A DNA stretch of 64,000 bases from Camelus dromedarius (GCF_036321535.1 NC_087436.1:77998001-78062000), one strand, 5' to 3'; numbered from the stretch's first letter, positions 1-13,212 are shown. Notes: generated by a model from the sequence alone, not told the origin. Translations and numbers: made by a program.

Positions 1-850
1 TCTTTTCCTTCAGCCATTTAGCAGCATCGGGATAAAAGTAATTTGAGGCTAACAGAAATTCGCAGTTGTAAGTAATACAGTAAATTCTCAGCATTTAGCC
101 TGCTCACAGACACAGTGCTCTGCTTGATGAAAACAACGCAAGGATGAGCACATGGCAGTCATTAAACAGATACTTCCTGTCAGATTGATTGCTTGGAATA
201 CTCTGGTTACTATAGGGTAGCCATGTACACTGGACAGGGAGAGCCAACAGTCAATAAACAACATGAGGCCAAAAATGCTATTGAAAATTTAATGTTTAAT
301 GATTCAGAAGGCACTTTGGGATCTTGTAGAGCCTTGACTAATTATTTTGAAGACCAGTGATGAATAGAACATAGAATGGCAAAAGTACAAATTCAAGAGA
401 GATTTCTTTTGCTGGATTACTTAATTTTGCTTTTTATGTAACCTTTCTAAAGTGACTTGCAGATAAAATGGAGAAAATTGCTTAGAAAATAGAGATTAGA
501 CATTTTACTTGCACTTTTATGGACTCTCATTAACACTTGCTTTCATTTTTATTGCCTTCATAACAAAATATTAACTGAATGTAGGACATTTAATGAAAAA
601 AGCATGATTCTTGTGTTCACATGGCTTACTTAATCATTTAAGATGTATGTATGGTAAGGGCGTTTCCTTTAAATCATGAGACTTCTTCTAAATTTTTTGT
701 ACCATAAAATTTTGTCTAGGTAAAGTTTTGTCTAGGTATAGGAACAGGCAAGGGAGAATATTTAAATCTAGAACTGCCATTTGGGTTGTAAGAAAAGCGT
801 AGATGTGAATAAAGAGGTACAGGCCAGTCAAAGGTTGCAAAAAGGACACT

Positions 851-1230
851 GATTTAATTCATGCAGCAAATATTTTTGAAGGCCTACGATGTTCCAGGCA
901 CTGCTGGAGGCCCTTGAGATAACAGAGATTTTATTAGAGGCAACAGACAATAAATAAGCATCATAAAAATATAAATGATGCTAGATGATAATAAAAGTTA
1001 TCAAAAAACTGAACAATGTATGGGAGATTCCGAGAGAAGGTTGCTCCAGAAATTTTAAATAGTGTGGTTAAGAAAGGTGCCACTGAGGACCCAGAACGGC
1101 AAAAGGACACATTCATAAGAGGCTTCTTGTGTTAGATAACATGACAATTTGAGCAAAGCCTTGAAGGAGGTAAAGGAGTTAATCCCATGGATATGAGGGG
1201 ATGGGTGGGGCATTCCAGACTACAAATAAG
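851..1230 (-). mobile_element. LINE-2 (L2) 3' end fragment
   Basis: attcatgcagcaaatatttttgaaggcctacgatgttccaggcactg resembles the reverse complement of the L2 3' terminus; further L2-like blocks follow (tgacaatttgagcaaagccttgaagg). Confidence 0.75.
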
Positions 1231-1524
1231 AGATAATAGAAAGTGGGGAATTATTTATTGAGAAAAACACAAAGAGCAGAATATAGGAAGAAGAAGAAAG
1301 GGACAGTCACTGGAGGCAAGTAGGCTGCCAGGAAGTTCCTAAATAATGTAATTTTGCAATGCTTGGCTTTGGAAACTGTGATTGGAAAAAATAATAAAAA
1401 TAATCCCATTGTCCAAAACATGATTAGCATATGGACATGGATCTCCAAAATAAACAGGTGAATGTGGTCCACTTGTACACACCTAAAGACTGGCATGTTT
1501 CTAGTCAGCGGCTAGCAAACTGAA

Positions 1525-2790
1525 TGCATTCATTCTTTGATCATTTATGCTCTGAGAACCACATGTGTCAACACCGTGCTGGGAACTGGGGTACAGAGAT
1601 GAGCAGAACAGACGTGATTCCTACATTCACAGTGGAGAAGTACTTTAAATGATGTATTTGTTGTCTTATTATAAGTGCTGTGGAAAACTACACAGAAGTA
1701 GGAGAGCATACTGGGGAGGTACTTGACCTACTTTGGGAGTCAGGAAAAGCTTCCACCTTGCAGTTGATATTTGAGCTGAGACCTGAAGTATGAATTAGTG
1801 TTAACTAGGGAAAGAGAAAGGTTCATCTGGGCAGAGGTGGAAAGTACCATGGAATATTCGAAGAACTGAAAGGCCAGTGGCTTAAGGAGGAAAGAATGAT
1901 TTGGTCAGCAGAAAACGGGGGCCACTGAGGTCAGTTTAATGAAGGGACCCTTTGCAATGGTGTCTGAATGGTTAAAGGAGGCCAACAGGGACGAAAAGCT
2001 TCCCTGTGCCTGGGATCAAAGTGGAAGGCAGGAGTATTCATCAGAGAAAACAGCTACAGGAAAGAGACACCTTGCAGGAGCTGGGACTGTAAGGAGACAC
2101 AGCCAGTCTGAGACTACACAGCAGGGAGAGCTCCAGGGGAATAAACACCATATATTAATATATATATGCAGTCTCCAGCCCTCCCACCATCTCCGACCTT
2201 TCTTTAGTTAAATGAGCTGTAAGACAGGTGAGGGAGTCCTTTGAGGTCACCTATACAAAGCCAGCTCCCAGGGCACAGAGCAGGGTGGGAAAGAACCCAG
2301 TGGATCTGGAGGGGCAAAGGGAAAATAGCCTGCAGAGTATGGACCAGATCATTCCAGATCTTATCAGCCAAGTGAAGGATTCGGGTATTTGTTCTTCTAC
2401 AAGTGACAGGCAGCAGGAGAAAAATGCAATTAGATTTGCATTCATCAAGGAAGGTCACTTGTGTCATATGAGCAGACTGGAGCCACTCATGAAAACTACA
2501 GGAAGCTTAGCTGGAGGCGTTGAGGTGGACCAAGTGAGGGGTGATGGAAGCTTCTCCTGATCCAGTGGTTGGGGAAGGTGGGAAGGTGCGGGAAGACTGT
2601 GGAGACAACGAATTTGTGCTGGTTTGGAAATGGGAGGTGTGGAAGGGGGTATGAGAGGTGTGAAGTCTAGATTTTGGTTTGCCTAAGCGGATGGGTGGTG
2701 GTGCTCCTCTCTGAAGGAGGAGCAGGTTTGGAAGCCGGGAAAAATCACAGGCTTGGTTTTGGACATACCGAGACTTTCAGAACGCCAGCT
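1525..2790 (-). mobile_element. L2 fragment split by an LTR insertion (L2 parts about 1525-1930 and 2560-2790)
   Basis: L2-like blocks gcattcattc...gtgctgggaactggggtacagagatgag, tcaggaaaagcttcc...tttgagctgagacctgaag, and later ggagcaggtttgga...ggttttggacata. Confidence 0.65.
1935..2334 (-). mobile_element. ERVL-type LTR remnant (LTR33-like)
   Basis: Minus strand reads tgcaggctattttccctttgcccctccagatccact...ccaccctgctctgtgccctggg and tttattcccctggagctctccctgc, matching my recollection of the LTR33 5' part. Confidence 0.65.
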
Positions 2791-2834
2791 GTAAACATCC
2801 AGGGAACACCTCCACCTAAGCAGGGGTTCGACAG

Positions 2835-3030
2835 CCTGCTCTCACTGTGCCCCAGCCACTGTGCTGTGCTATGCACTTTGTAGAAATATTTCCTCCAATC
2901 CTCAAAATACCGAGGCAGACGTGATTTTTCCCATTTTCTCGATGAGAAAACTGAGGCTCAGGAAGGTTAAGTATCCTGCTTACATTCAGTTCTTGAAACT
3001 CAGACATTTTTAACCCCAACTGGAGCTCTT
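2835..3030 (-). mobile_element. MIR SINE
   Basis: MIR core in reverse: cccattttctcgatgagaaaactgaggctcaggaaggttaagt. Confidence 0.8.
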
Positions 3031-3652
3031 TCTCTTTTGTACTGCTGTATCTGAAAGTCACAGAGGCATCATAGGAGCCTGTAGAAGAGGCTGAGGAAAA
3101 ATGCAAAAAATTCTGTTATGAGGCCTTTTACATTTGGGGAAAATATGGATTTGTTTCATTGGATTCTAGAGTAGGCTTATGTGAGTTTCAATGAATCAAT
3201 TAGCACTCCTTGAGCAATTATTATATGCTTAGGACTTTGCTGTATTTAAAAAAAAAGATTATGAACAGTATAAAATATGATCCTTGATTTCAAGGGCTTA
3301 AAATTTAACTGAGGGGAGGCAAGTACATTCTGGAAGCCATTTAACATATAACATTATATGCTGATAATGAAATGCCAGATTGTGTAGGGCTGACAGCCTG
3401 GGAAAAGGATAATATATAACATGATAAGGTCTTATGTAAGGTGTGTTGATGGTCTGCGAAATTTCAGCAATTGAATATTGGTCTGCAGATTGGCTGTCTT
3501 CTTCCTAGGAAATTTCATAAGATACACAATTAATTACAGTTTTATAGTTAGTTAAATGAAGTATGCATCAAATGTCCTGAGAGTTGAAGTTTCTGCAGAC
3601 TTATCTTATTTATCATTTATTTTTGAAACTCTTGCAACCAAGAGTGCTTTGC

Positions 3653-3672
3653 TTTTTTTTTTTTTTTTTTTT
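3653..3672. repeat. poly-T tract (T20)
   Basis: Seen directly. Confidence 0.95.
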
Positions 3673-4189
3673 GATAGACAAGGGCTGGCAATCTGTTCAT
3701 ATCTTTGTTGAAGGAAAAGCTGAAATTGCAAATATGTTTAAATCTGATACAATCTAAATCCCTATCCCCATGATGAAAAATGCCATCGACAAATCTTAGT
3801 CTAAGATCTTTGAGCCTCCATAAAGGTTATTCTTTATGGGACAAATCACATCAAATTTATTTCCAAAAGGAACGATAAGACCTCTTAAATAAAGGCATCT
3901 GGAAAATAGACATTTTCTTAGTAGTAGGTCTGATAATAACTGACATTTGTATAGTGCCTTATGATTTGCAAAGTGTTTTATAGACTTCATCTCGTGGGAT
4001 AACTAAGTGAAGCTAAACTTCATCAGAAATTTATGTTGAATATATAGTTCCCCAAAGAGAAAAAAAAGTGTTGTTTTAGACAAATTTACAAACAAACAAA
4101 CAAATCAGTCTTAGTTTCTTAGGCAAGAGAGGGAGGCAGTGGGTTACCATATAATATCATAACTGTATAACAATGTAGTAACAATGATA

Positions 4190-4426
4190 GTTATAAGAAC
4201 ACCATGAATCGAGCCTTTGTTATATATGTTACTAGTCTATGCACTTTATGTATTAACTTGCTTAAGTCAACAAAAGTCCCATGAAGAAAATATTATTTGC
4301 ATATTACAGACGAGGAAACTGAGGCACACGTATCTAAGTAACTTGCCAAAATCATGGAACCAGTAAGTGGAAAAGCTGGGCTTTTCCTGAGAAGTCTGGC
4401 TCCAGAATGCTCACTCTTAACCACTA
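4190..4426 (-). mobile_element. MIR SINE, near full length
   Basis: attacagacgaggaaactgaggcac...aagtaacttgccaaaatca...agtctggctccagaatgctcactcttaaccacta. Confidence 0.88.
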
Positions 4427-5748
4427 AGACTCCTGAAATGTAAATTGTCCCTTATCTAAACATTGTTTCTTAAATAAAAACTGTAAAACAACCAGTGATT
4501 TACAAACAAATAAAGGGAAAAAAAGGAATAGGCACTATTGTGAAATGTACTCAAAAGTCCTTAATAAAATCCTATAGAAAGGAAGAAAGATCATGAAAAA
4601 TAAAAAATCTTCTTAAAGATCTAGAAATGGAAATACTTCTAACTTTTCACTAGTTTCTGAAGAAAGAGAAAGGAAGGTTAAGAAGGAAAAGACTAATTTA
4701 TGATCCAAGAATAATCCAATGTTATCATAATTGTAAAAACATGTTTTTAAATTCTTCCTAAAAATATTTCCTGCTTTACTTGGAGAGGACACTAGTAGTT
4801 CTTCCAACCTAGAATCATTCTGTTCCCAAGCAAGAGAGAAAGGACCTAGAGACAAATAAGATACTCTAAAATCTTGGGTATATCACTGAGGACCCCAAAC
4901 TCTAACCCGTTCCTCACCCTGGGTGTGCAAGGTGGAAAGGGGAAAGCGACAACAGAGTCCGTTCTTATTACTCCGTCCTCTTTGGGAGAGGATACCCAGG
5001 TTGCAGATCTACCCAGCTTTCCAGAATTCTCTTGTAACAGGAAAGAAACTGTGTCCCTTGGGGTTTGAAGATGTCTGTAATTTGGGATAAAAAATGGTAA
5101 CTCCTCATCAACTCTGAAAAAGTATAAAAAGGAGCTCCTAGGGCTGCTTTAAATTTGGGCATAGATGGAAGAGATTCTTCTCCAGTGTTCCCTTCAGGAG
5201 GCTAAAATACAGAATTGTTCCTAATGTCTGTGCAGTAGGAGAGAGGTGGAGACCTGACGATATCGGTATCTCTTGCCTGATGCTTAGAGTTAGAAACTCA
5301 CACAGGAGATGACAAGTGGAAGGTCTGTGGGTGCTTAGCTTTCTGACTCCTGATCCGGAACGCCATCTATCATCTCCTATGGCAAAGGAAAGGAAAAAGT
5401 GTTTTTCTTTTTCTGATCACAAAACTAAAGTTTCTTAAGTGATATGAAAAAGTACTTTATTAAAGACTCTGATGTTGTGCTAAACTTTTTCAAAATTTAG
5501 TTTCCATAAAAAGACTTCTAGAAGTGTTTAAGTTTGTGGATTTTTTTTTTTTAAATTTCACTAAGGAAGCTTTATTGATATGGGGGACAAAATCTTACAA
5601 TTATAGTCATCATAAAGAGTACTGTGCATTAGTGTTATATGGATTTTGCTATATTGTTTTTCCTGACCCCAATAAAATTCATAACATTAAAAATAAGCAT
5701 GCGATACTATTTGACCTACTAATTCGTTCTTTGCTGCAAGACTTAGAG

Positions 5749-6012
5749 CAGTGTTTTTCAAATTGTGATCTTCAATACACAGGGTAATAAAATTAGTTTG
5801 ATGGACCTCATCAAAGGCTAGCTAAGTATTAAAAAGTTCTATGAAATAGAATGGACTAGAATAGAAATATTAGATTACATCACACATGGTAAAAATAGTA
5901 TTCTTTTATTAAACTTTGTTTCAATTATGTATATCTGAATGTGTACTGAGGTGCAATATAAAGTATTTATTCTTGATAAGAGTAAAAAAAAAATTTTTTT
6001 TGAAAGCCACTG
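5749..6012. mobile_element. Non-autonomous hAT-Charlie DNA transposon (MITE)
   Basis: Terminal inverted repeats cagtgtttttcaaa ... tttgaaagccactg; degenerate 8-bp TSD acttagag (5741-5748) / acctggag (6013-6020), near the Charlie NTCTAGAN preference. Confidence 0.85.
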
Positions 6013-6109
6013 ACCTGGAGAGATTGTTGGACAAGTAGAGCAGCCCAGTCCTGACTGTTAATCCTTTACTCACAAACCCAAAAATCCACAGTCAAGAGTG
6101 ACTTGCTGC

Positions 6110-6560
6110 ACTTTGATATAGTCACAGGATGAATATTACACAGCAGTGAACATGAGTAGACCACAGCTTAAAGGAACAATGTAGATCAATCTTAGAAACA
6201 ATATTGGAATGAAAAACTATAATGAAGAAAAGTACATACAATATGATTCCATTTCAATGAAGCTCAATAAAATGGAAAATTAATATTACATTGCCTAATG
6301 ATACCTGCTTATATAAAACTATTAAAATAAAACCACAGAATAGACAAACATAAAATCCAGGAGCATAGTTTCCTCTGTGCAGAAGGCAGGGGGTAGGGGA
6401 AGTGAAAGAGATTGAGAAGAACATACCAGAAGCTTCTATGGCACTGTTAATATTCTAGTTCTTAAGTTGTGGGATGGATTTTATTATGTTTCATAACTTA
6501 AATACACTTCTTAATTTGAGTCACATTAATTTTGTTGCTTGTATCCAACAATAAAAAGTG
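6110..6560 (+). mobile_element. Old L1M (L1MC/ME-type) 3' region
   Basis: gaatattacacagcagtgaa...tacatacaatatgattccattt...aatattctagttcttaagttg, typical of old L1 3' UTRs. Confidence 0.75.
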
Positions 6561-8425
6561 AACTTGTTAATATAGCTTTATAAGGAAATAAATCTATTTT
6601 TTCCTTAAATTTAAGGCAAAATTTAAGACTTGATAGAACTCTGATACCTAACCTTATTCCTAGAACACACCACCTTTCCCAATGATGGAGTGGCCAATAA
6701 TATCCCAGACAACTAAGCTTATCTAAAAATAAAATTAGCTTTCAACCAGCTGCCTGGAAATGACAGAGTAAATGAAGATCATTTTCTCAAAATTGCAGGC
6801 TCCCCTCTGTGACCTTGCATAATGTTCTTTTCATTGCCTCAGTTTCTCCAGCTGTAAAAAAAAAATTATGTGTAACTCTGGAATCCTACTCCCACCATAT
6901 CCTGTTCTAATCTTCAAAGAATAAGACCAAGCATTTCTAAGCAGACTTCATAAACTTGCTATCTGATGGACACACCATCGAAAAAGACTTTTGAGTGGCT
7001 GCCAAAATACCTAGCCCCAATTCAGACGGCAAAGTTCATTTCATAGTTCAGCTCTTTTGCTGTAAAGGAGCAAAGTGCTTCTTGAATAGTGCAAAGCAGC
7101 TGCCTGCTGTTTCCTGTCTTTAGAGAATTAAATTATATTAAAAAAATGTTAAGTGCTCACTCAGCAGTCAGACTGTACTTTGTATAGGCAACCCCACTTC
7201 CTCAATGTAAGTACACACAGTCCCCAGATCAAACACACTCTGCTTTCCAAATTCATTGCAAAGTTGATTGCTTGGAATTTACACTATCTATTCTGAAGAC
7301 CATGTTAGAAATGATGGACTGGGTCTCTCTCCAGGTCTCCAAAGGAGACAGTGCTGGAAGTCCTCCGGGTCACTCTTGCTTTCAAAGCCCCACGGGGTGC
7401 AGGGTTTGGTGGGGAAGACCGAGGGGCAGGACTGGGTCAGCAGAAACAGCCAACAAAGGGAAGTGGTTACACTCAGTCTCCCTTGGGGGCCATCTCTCAG
7501 TGGCGCTCTATCCTGGGCAGCTGACAGAGAGAGTGGAGGAGACATCCTCCCTTCAGTGGAGGATGCTGGTGGCAAAGGATGCTTCCAAAGGGAGGCAGGG
7601 CAGAGGGGACCTCAGTAAGTATCAGAGGACCCATTCCCAAGCACTGAAGAAAAGCGCCCTTCAGGACTGTTGGAAATTAAAAAGCGTGTCCAAACATTTG
7701 TCTAGTTCAAGGTTTGAGAAAGGGAAAACTGCTCTTTGGCTGACATTTACTTTTTTTGTTCTTTTTTCTTTTGCTCTTCTTTTATGAAGGGCCTAAAGTC
7801 ACAGCTCCATTCCTGGTGGTCAGATGGCCCCAGGCCAGCGGCAGCCTGGCAGAAGCAGAGAAACAAGGGTGACTCTGGCAGGGGACACCACGGGAAAGTT
7901 TTATATGTGCTTTAAATATGGTTGCTCGTTGTCACCAGAATGAAATGGTTCCTTTCAAATTAAAGAAGTCCATTCAGTTGACAGGGCTGACAAAGTATGG
8001 CAACTGAGTCACAAGGCCTGGGGATTTGTGGCAGCAGCTCCGTCCCTCAGAGCGGACCAGTTCCACTCACGGTCTGAAAAGGTCCGGGTTAATTTACATC
8101 AACAACCAAATCAGTATTAATCAAACCCTCTTTATGTTTTTCAATCACCAAAGCAAAAGAACATGTATATTAGATAATTTTCAACACGGGCATTGTAAAA
8201 TTCCAAGTTTCATGATAAAGGGGGAAAAAACAAGAAATAATCTAGTTCTACCTCAACACAATCACACAGGTTAGCAAAGACGCTGAGGGGAGGACACGAA
8301 GTGTCAGCCTACATCTTAAAGAGATATGCTTGCTGGAAAGTAAGAGTTTTAACACAAATTCACTTTTGTTTCCAGCCTCGGGACAATTCTGTAGTCTACA
8401 AGTTTGAACTCCAGCTGAGTCATTT

Positions 8426-8480
8426 TCTTCTCTCTCTCTCTCTCTCCCCCTTTCTCCCTCTCTCTTTTTCTCTCTCTGTC
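8426..8480. repeat. (CT)n microsatellite / CT-rich tract
   Basis: Seen directly; it explains the RERE-rich spurious ORF 8248-8544. Confidence 0.9.
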
Positions 8481-8856
8481 TATCTTTTTCATGATTCATA
8501 CAGTGCTTACAACAAGGAAAAGGAATGAACAGCAGGAACAACAAAAGCTATAATCATTTTCTTAAACAGAAAAGAGTAGGCAAAAATTCTGCTGATGGTA
8601 AAGAGACTTTGCATCTCCAAGTGATCTGACAGCCACAGGGAACAGCAGAAATTGTCAGTGGATAGTAAGTTTCAAACCACAATTCCATGTGATTCTTTAC
8701 AAATTTTGACAATGAATTGACTGTTAATAGCAGAAAAGTTTTAGGGGAAAAAATAAATAGTGTTAGAATTAATACATATAGGAGTAAGGATATATTATTT
8801 TAATAGCTATGCTCCAGAAAGTCAATACTTTAATTAAATCAAGACTAAACCATCAA

Positions 8857-9017
8857 GCATAGGGAACTATATTCAATATCTTGTAGTAACTTATGGTGAA
8901 AAAGAATATGAAAATGAATATATGTATATTCATGTATGACTGAAGCATTGTGCTATACAACAAAAATTGACACAACACTGTAAACTGACTATACTTCAAT
9001 AAAAAATATATATACAG
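8857..9017 (+). mobile_element. 5'-truncated lineage-specific (camelid-type) L1 3' end
   Basis: gcatagggaactatattcaatatcttgtagtaac...ttgacacaacactgtaaactgactatacttcaataaaaaa; imperfect TSD agactaaaccatcaa (8842-8856) / agactatataccatcaa (9018-9034). Confidence 0.9.
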
Positions 9018-9221
9018 AGACTATATACCATCAATCTGAAACATACTAACACCCTCAGGTGAAGGATGGCAAAGTATTTTACAAAAGATTCAGCAGTAAT
9101 AATCCACCAATCCAGTTAACTAAGAATTTTATAAATACCTGGATATTTCTTAGCCTCAAACTCTTGTTACTCATGAAATCAGCATACTCAAACTTTTCAC
9201 TCAATCAGAAGTGTAGATGGA

Positions 9222-9620
9222 TTGATACATTCATTCCAGAAATATTTACTGAGTGGTCTTGTTTGAGATTCTGTGAAGGGTGCAAAGATAAACTAGGTAG
9301 AGACCTCATGTTTCTAGGGAGTTTTATGTCTAATAGGTGAGATCAGACATGACCACAACAACTGGAAATTAAGGTCAAAAGTGATGAGTGTCACAGGAGA
9401 AGTCAGGATGACAAATCAGAGAAGATCTGGGAAAAGTTTAGGATGGAAAGAGATGTACTGGGCTATGAGCTAGACATCCAGGATGGTCAGGAAGCATAGT
9501 CCAGATGGAGGGAAAATATAATCAAAGGCATGATTTGGGCAATTTCAAAATGCTCAGTTCAGTGAGCTGGAGAGCTGCACGAAGGGGAATACCAGGAAAT
9601 GTGGTACAAAGGACTGAATG
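9222..9620 (-). mobile_element. L2 fragment
   Basis: cattcattccagaaatatttactgag... is the reverse of the L2 3' end; L2-like sequence continues downstream. Confidence 0.7.
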
Positions 9621-9929
9621 ACTTTCTTCAGGGAATGAAGGAGAAGGAATGTCAGGTTGAGGAAATACACTGGGCAGCTCAGCTCTCAGCTCACAGGCAG
9701 CATGTTTCTCTCCCTACAATGGCACTGTCTCAGCCATTGTCTAAAATCTACCAATAGAAAACTCTTTTTTACAGATTGAGAGGTTAGCACCTAAGGAAGT
9801 AGGTTAGGAGTTTGTAGAACAACATGTAGTTGACTCTTACCTACCTTAAGCTAGCAGATTAATTTTGCTTTTACTCCATGTTTACAAAGAAACAATGCCA
9901 CATAAATACTGTTGAACAAATTAATATAA

Positions 9930-10075
9930 GGAATGGATGTGCAGATGGATGGGTGAGTGGACACGTGGCCACCATGTGACTGAATGGATGGGTGGAGATG
10001 GATGTGTGAGTAGCTGAGTGTATAGTCAGACAGGTGGATGGATTGGTCAATGGTGGGTGGTTGAACAGATGGCAG
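9930..10075. repeat. Degenerate (TGGA/TGGG)n simple repeat, probably an expanded L2 tail
   Basis: Recurrent tggatgg/tgagtgg units directly after cataaatactgttgaa (L2 3' end-like). Confidence 0.65.
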
Positions 10076-10644
10076 AGGACTGAGTGTCTGGATTGCTGGA
10101 TATCTAAAGCAGTTAGATGATTTTCTTTATGATCCCATGATTAAAGGTTAAACAGCTAACCAAAAAATGCCAATAATATAAATCCAAACAACTGTTCACT
10201 AGTCTGTCTATAAGAGTCAAAGATTTTTTTTTAGTGCACTTGTAAAGTGAGCACATCCTTCACTGCCTATTGGAGTAGAACACAAGAGACACATGTCCTT
10301 TTATTTCCTTCACCCCTTCCTGGAATGGTATAGGATTTCAAGTTTTCCCCAGCACAGCTGAAGTGAAACAAGGCAAAGCCACGAAAAGGTAAAAGCTAAT
10401 TAGGTAAATTTAGGGTGATTTTTTAAAAAAATGACATCTATAATGACATTCTATAAAATGTGGGGATTCAGTTATATTAACAGTTTCAAAAACTGAAAAT
10501 CATTGATGCTTATTTTCCAAACCAACGAACACACCAACTAACAAGTCAGCCACCCAGCCAGCCAAACAACCAGAAATCTCAAAATACCAACTGTGTGTAA
10601 GAGGGGCACGGTTCACTGGTAAAAGAAGGTTTTAAGGAAGACAC

Positions 10645-10783
10645 CCTTGTTACTCAAAGTGTGGTCCTTGGACCAGAAGCATCAGCATCACAGGGAGTTT
10701 GTTAGAGATGCAGAATCTCAGGCTCCATTCTAGACTTACTGAACATGCAATTTTATACACATATTAATGTCTGAGAAGCACTG
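10645..10783. mobile_element. MER5A (hAT-Charlie MITE), internally deleted
   Basis: tactcaaagtgtggtccttggaccagaagcatcagcatcac...gttagagatgcagaatctcaggc...tgagaagcactg. Confidence 0.88.
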
Positions 10784-10844
10784 CTATATGCTCTTCTTGG
10801 AAATCAAAACGTCTATAGTGTTATAAGTTAAGTTTTGTTTAATC

Positions 10845-10941
10845 CAATGTTTACCAAAGCTATTTGATCATGGATCCCTTTTTCAATGGAACACCTGTTC
10901 AACATTGCATGGAAATTGTGGAACACAGTTGGGTGATGCTG
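10845..10941. mobile_element. Probable short hAT MITE remnant
   Basis: Ends caatgtttaccaaa ... ggaacacagttgggtgatgctg resemble degraded Charlie-type inverted termini. Confidence 0.45.
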
Positions 10942-12679
10942 GGCTAAATGAACACAAAAGTCCTCCCAAATAAAGCATTCTATGTCTGTGTTAACTATAT
11001 GGTTCTAGACATATGTACATATTTATATGTGTGCATACTAGATTTATCTCTATGTCTATGTAGTAGAAAATAGCCATGATTCTATTTATACATTTAGTGA
11101 AAACAAAAAAGGAAATGGACTTACTAGATTTGAAATGGCGGAATGCAGTTTTAAGTTCTTAGTGAAGAGAAGGAATTTCATGAAAATGAACCAGTTCAAT
11201 CACAAGGTCAGTGTCTATGGGGAAATGTGTCTCTGGGTCTGGGATTACTCTACAAAATCTTTTCCAAAATACACATTCTGCATTAATGAGGGCTAATTGT
11301 TTATGTACTTTCTTCCACTTGGTCCTGTTCAAATATTTTATTTTTGAAGGAATGTTGTTTTGGGGGCTGTTACAATTTCCATAGGCTTTTAGGAACGTTA
11401 TTTAAGAATGTTAGTTTTCAGATGAAATCTCCTTGGGTCAGTATAATTGATACGAAAGATGTGGATTTCATTTGATGTCATTGGAAGTAATCTGAAAATA
11501 AATAATACTTCCTATTGGTGGTGGTTCAATCCTTTAAATGCTATTTTAAACAGGAAATTTTACTGGATTTGGCTACGTGTTCTCTTAGTGCCTATCCAAA
11601 AGCACAGAGATCCTACCCTGAGCCTCTCCACTCAAAAAGCACATGGACCCAGGATGGTGGCTCTTTGTTCTCCCAGAGATTAAACCCTTGAGACTAGAAA
11701 GGGCTTTGTCGATGTGAATTTTACTTCATTCTGACCAAACTTGGGGATCAGCAGGAGTAAGAGTAAGACTCTGCTAGGTCTGTAAAGACGCCAGGGTGAT
11801 ATATAGGACAATTTTAGGTGCTATCTACAGGAATCTTTTATTTTTGTAGTCATGAGGGTATCTTTATATTAGAAGAGCTAGAATCAGTTTAGCAAATGTT
11901 CCAGATAATATCATTTATGATTAAGTTTAAAAAAATGAGACCACTTTAAAACAGCAAATAACACGTCAGGTGTGTACACAATGAAAATTGTGGCTGTGGT
12001 AAAGGATTGCAACGTGGGAAATATTCCTGTAATCCAGTTCTTTTGTTCTTCAGATGAATATGAAGCCCCCTGTACATGGTAAGGTCACGGGAATCAGGGC
12101 TTAGGATTCCTTACTTCTCAGAGTCAAACTCCTAGAATAGTAATCGTCTTGGATAAAAATAGTTCAAGTGGATCTGAAAAACCTTTGGGATGTAGAGTTC
12201 AATCACAGCCAGTGTCTACTTCTTCTATATTGGACAACTGATTATATACATTCAGTTCATAATTTTCAAGCTTCTCCAAAGCATTCAGATGCATTATAAG
12301 AGTAAAGTGAAGGAACTCCTCTCTCAAAATAGGTTGGGTTTATCTTACTTGAGGAGCAAACTGTTACTGAGGCTTGCCTCATACCTGTTACCACTTTCCT
12401 GAGGGTTCATTTTGCTACCATTTTCAGATGGAAACTTGAGTAAGTGATGATTCTGCCTCCAATTTCTTTACTATTAAAAAAAAAAATAGAAAAATACTAT
12501 TACACCATTTAACTTTTCAGTGCCGTGTTTTCCCCGTCTGTGAAATACCACTAACTAACAGATCTCTAAGGTAACTTGTAGCCCCAAAGTACAATGACTT
12601 TATTAAAGAGATGAGTCATATCTTGAACCCATAGAGATAGCTGAGCTTCCAGGGAGAAGCACTACTAGATGATAAAGCT

Positions 12680-12905
12680 GGCTTTTTCAGTGCCTACCGT
12701 GTCACAAGTACTTAGCAAACAGTGTCTTGTTTCTTGCTTAGTCTGCCCATACATGTGCATGGTTGCTATTCACCTGTGCAGAAACTGAGGTGGAAAGGGG
12801 TGCAGCGACCTGACTCATGATCACACAACTAGTACATAGTACAGTTAGGGTTGGAGCCAACGTCTCCTGTCTCAAAAGTCCCCTCCATTCCTCCACCATA
12901 CTGAG
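12680..12905 (-). mobile_element. MIR SINE
   Basis: gaaactgaggtggaaaggggtgcagcgacctgactcatgatcacacaactagt...gggttggagccaacgtctcctgtctc. Confidence 0.7.
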
Positions 12906-13212
12906 CTACCTTTCCATGGTCATTTCCATGCTCAGAGTAGAGCATTACTATTATTACCTGTGAGACAAAGCTGCTGGGGCAGGACTGCAAACAAGAAAAA
13001 TCTGTCAGTTTGTCAACAAAGCTGGAAAAACATCTTATTGTTGAGAATATTGAGAACACATGTCATTTTGTAACCAGTCTCTTAAATACATGGCATAGAT
13101 TAGTGATGTGAAAGTTTATCAAACTCAATTTAGATGTGAATTTGCCATTTGAAAGACCCCAAACTATAATACTTGATCCAAACTACAGAGACAAACTGTA
13201 ACCAATAGGAGC

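Noticed and set aside
14..73. Exon-like segment ttttccttcag|...|gtaagt at the window start
   Set aside because: Stops in all three plus frames; could only be non-coding and has no further support.
707..738. 16-bp tandem duplication aa(a/g)ttttgtctaggta x2
   Set aside because: Ordinary slippage duplication; only two units and no spacers.
185..7278. Exact 15-mer ttgattgcttggaat at 185-199 and 7264-7278
   Set aside because: A few 15-bp matches are expected by chance in 64 kb of AT-rich DNA; the flanks do not extend.
7272..7787. 171-aa ORF as a protein-coding gene
   Set aside because: Non-ATG start, no recognisable domain, and its C-terminus runs through T-rich low-complexity DNA.
12054..12078. 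25-nt microexon candidate ttttgttcttcag|ATGAATATGAAGCCCCCTGTACATG|gtaagg
   Set aside because: Good-looking splice sites but not frame-preserving, peptide unrecognised and no partner exons; such pseudo-exons are common.
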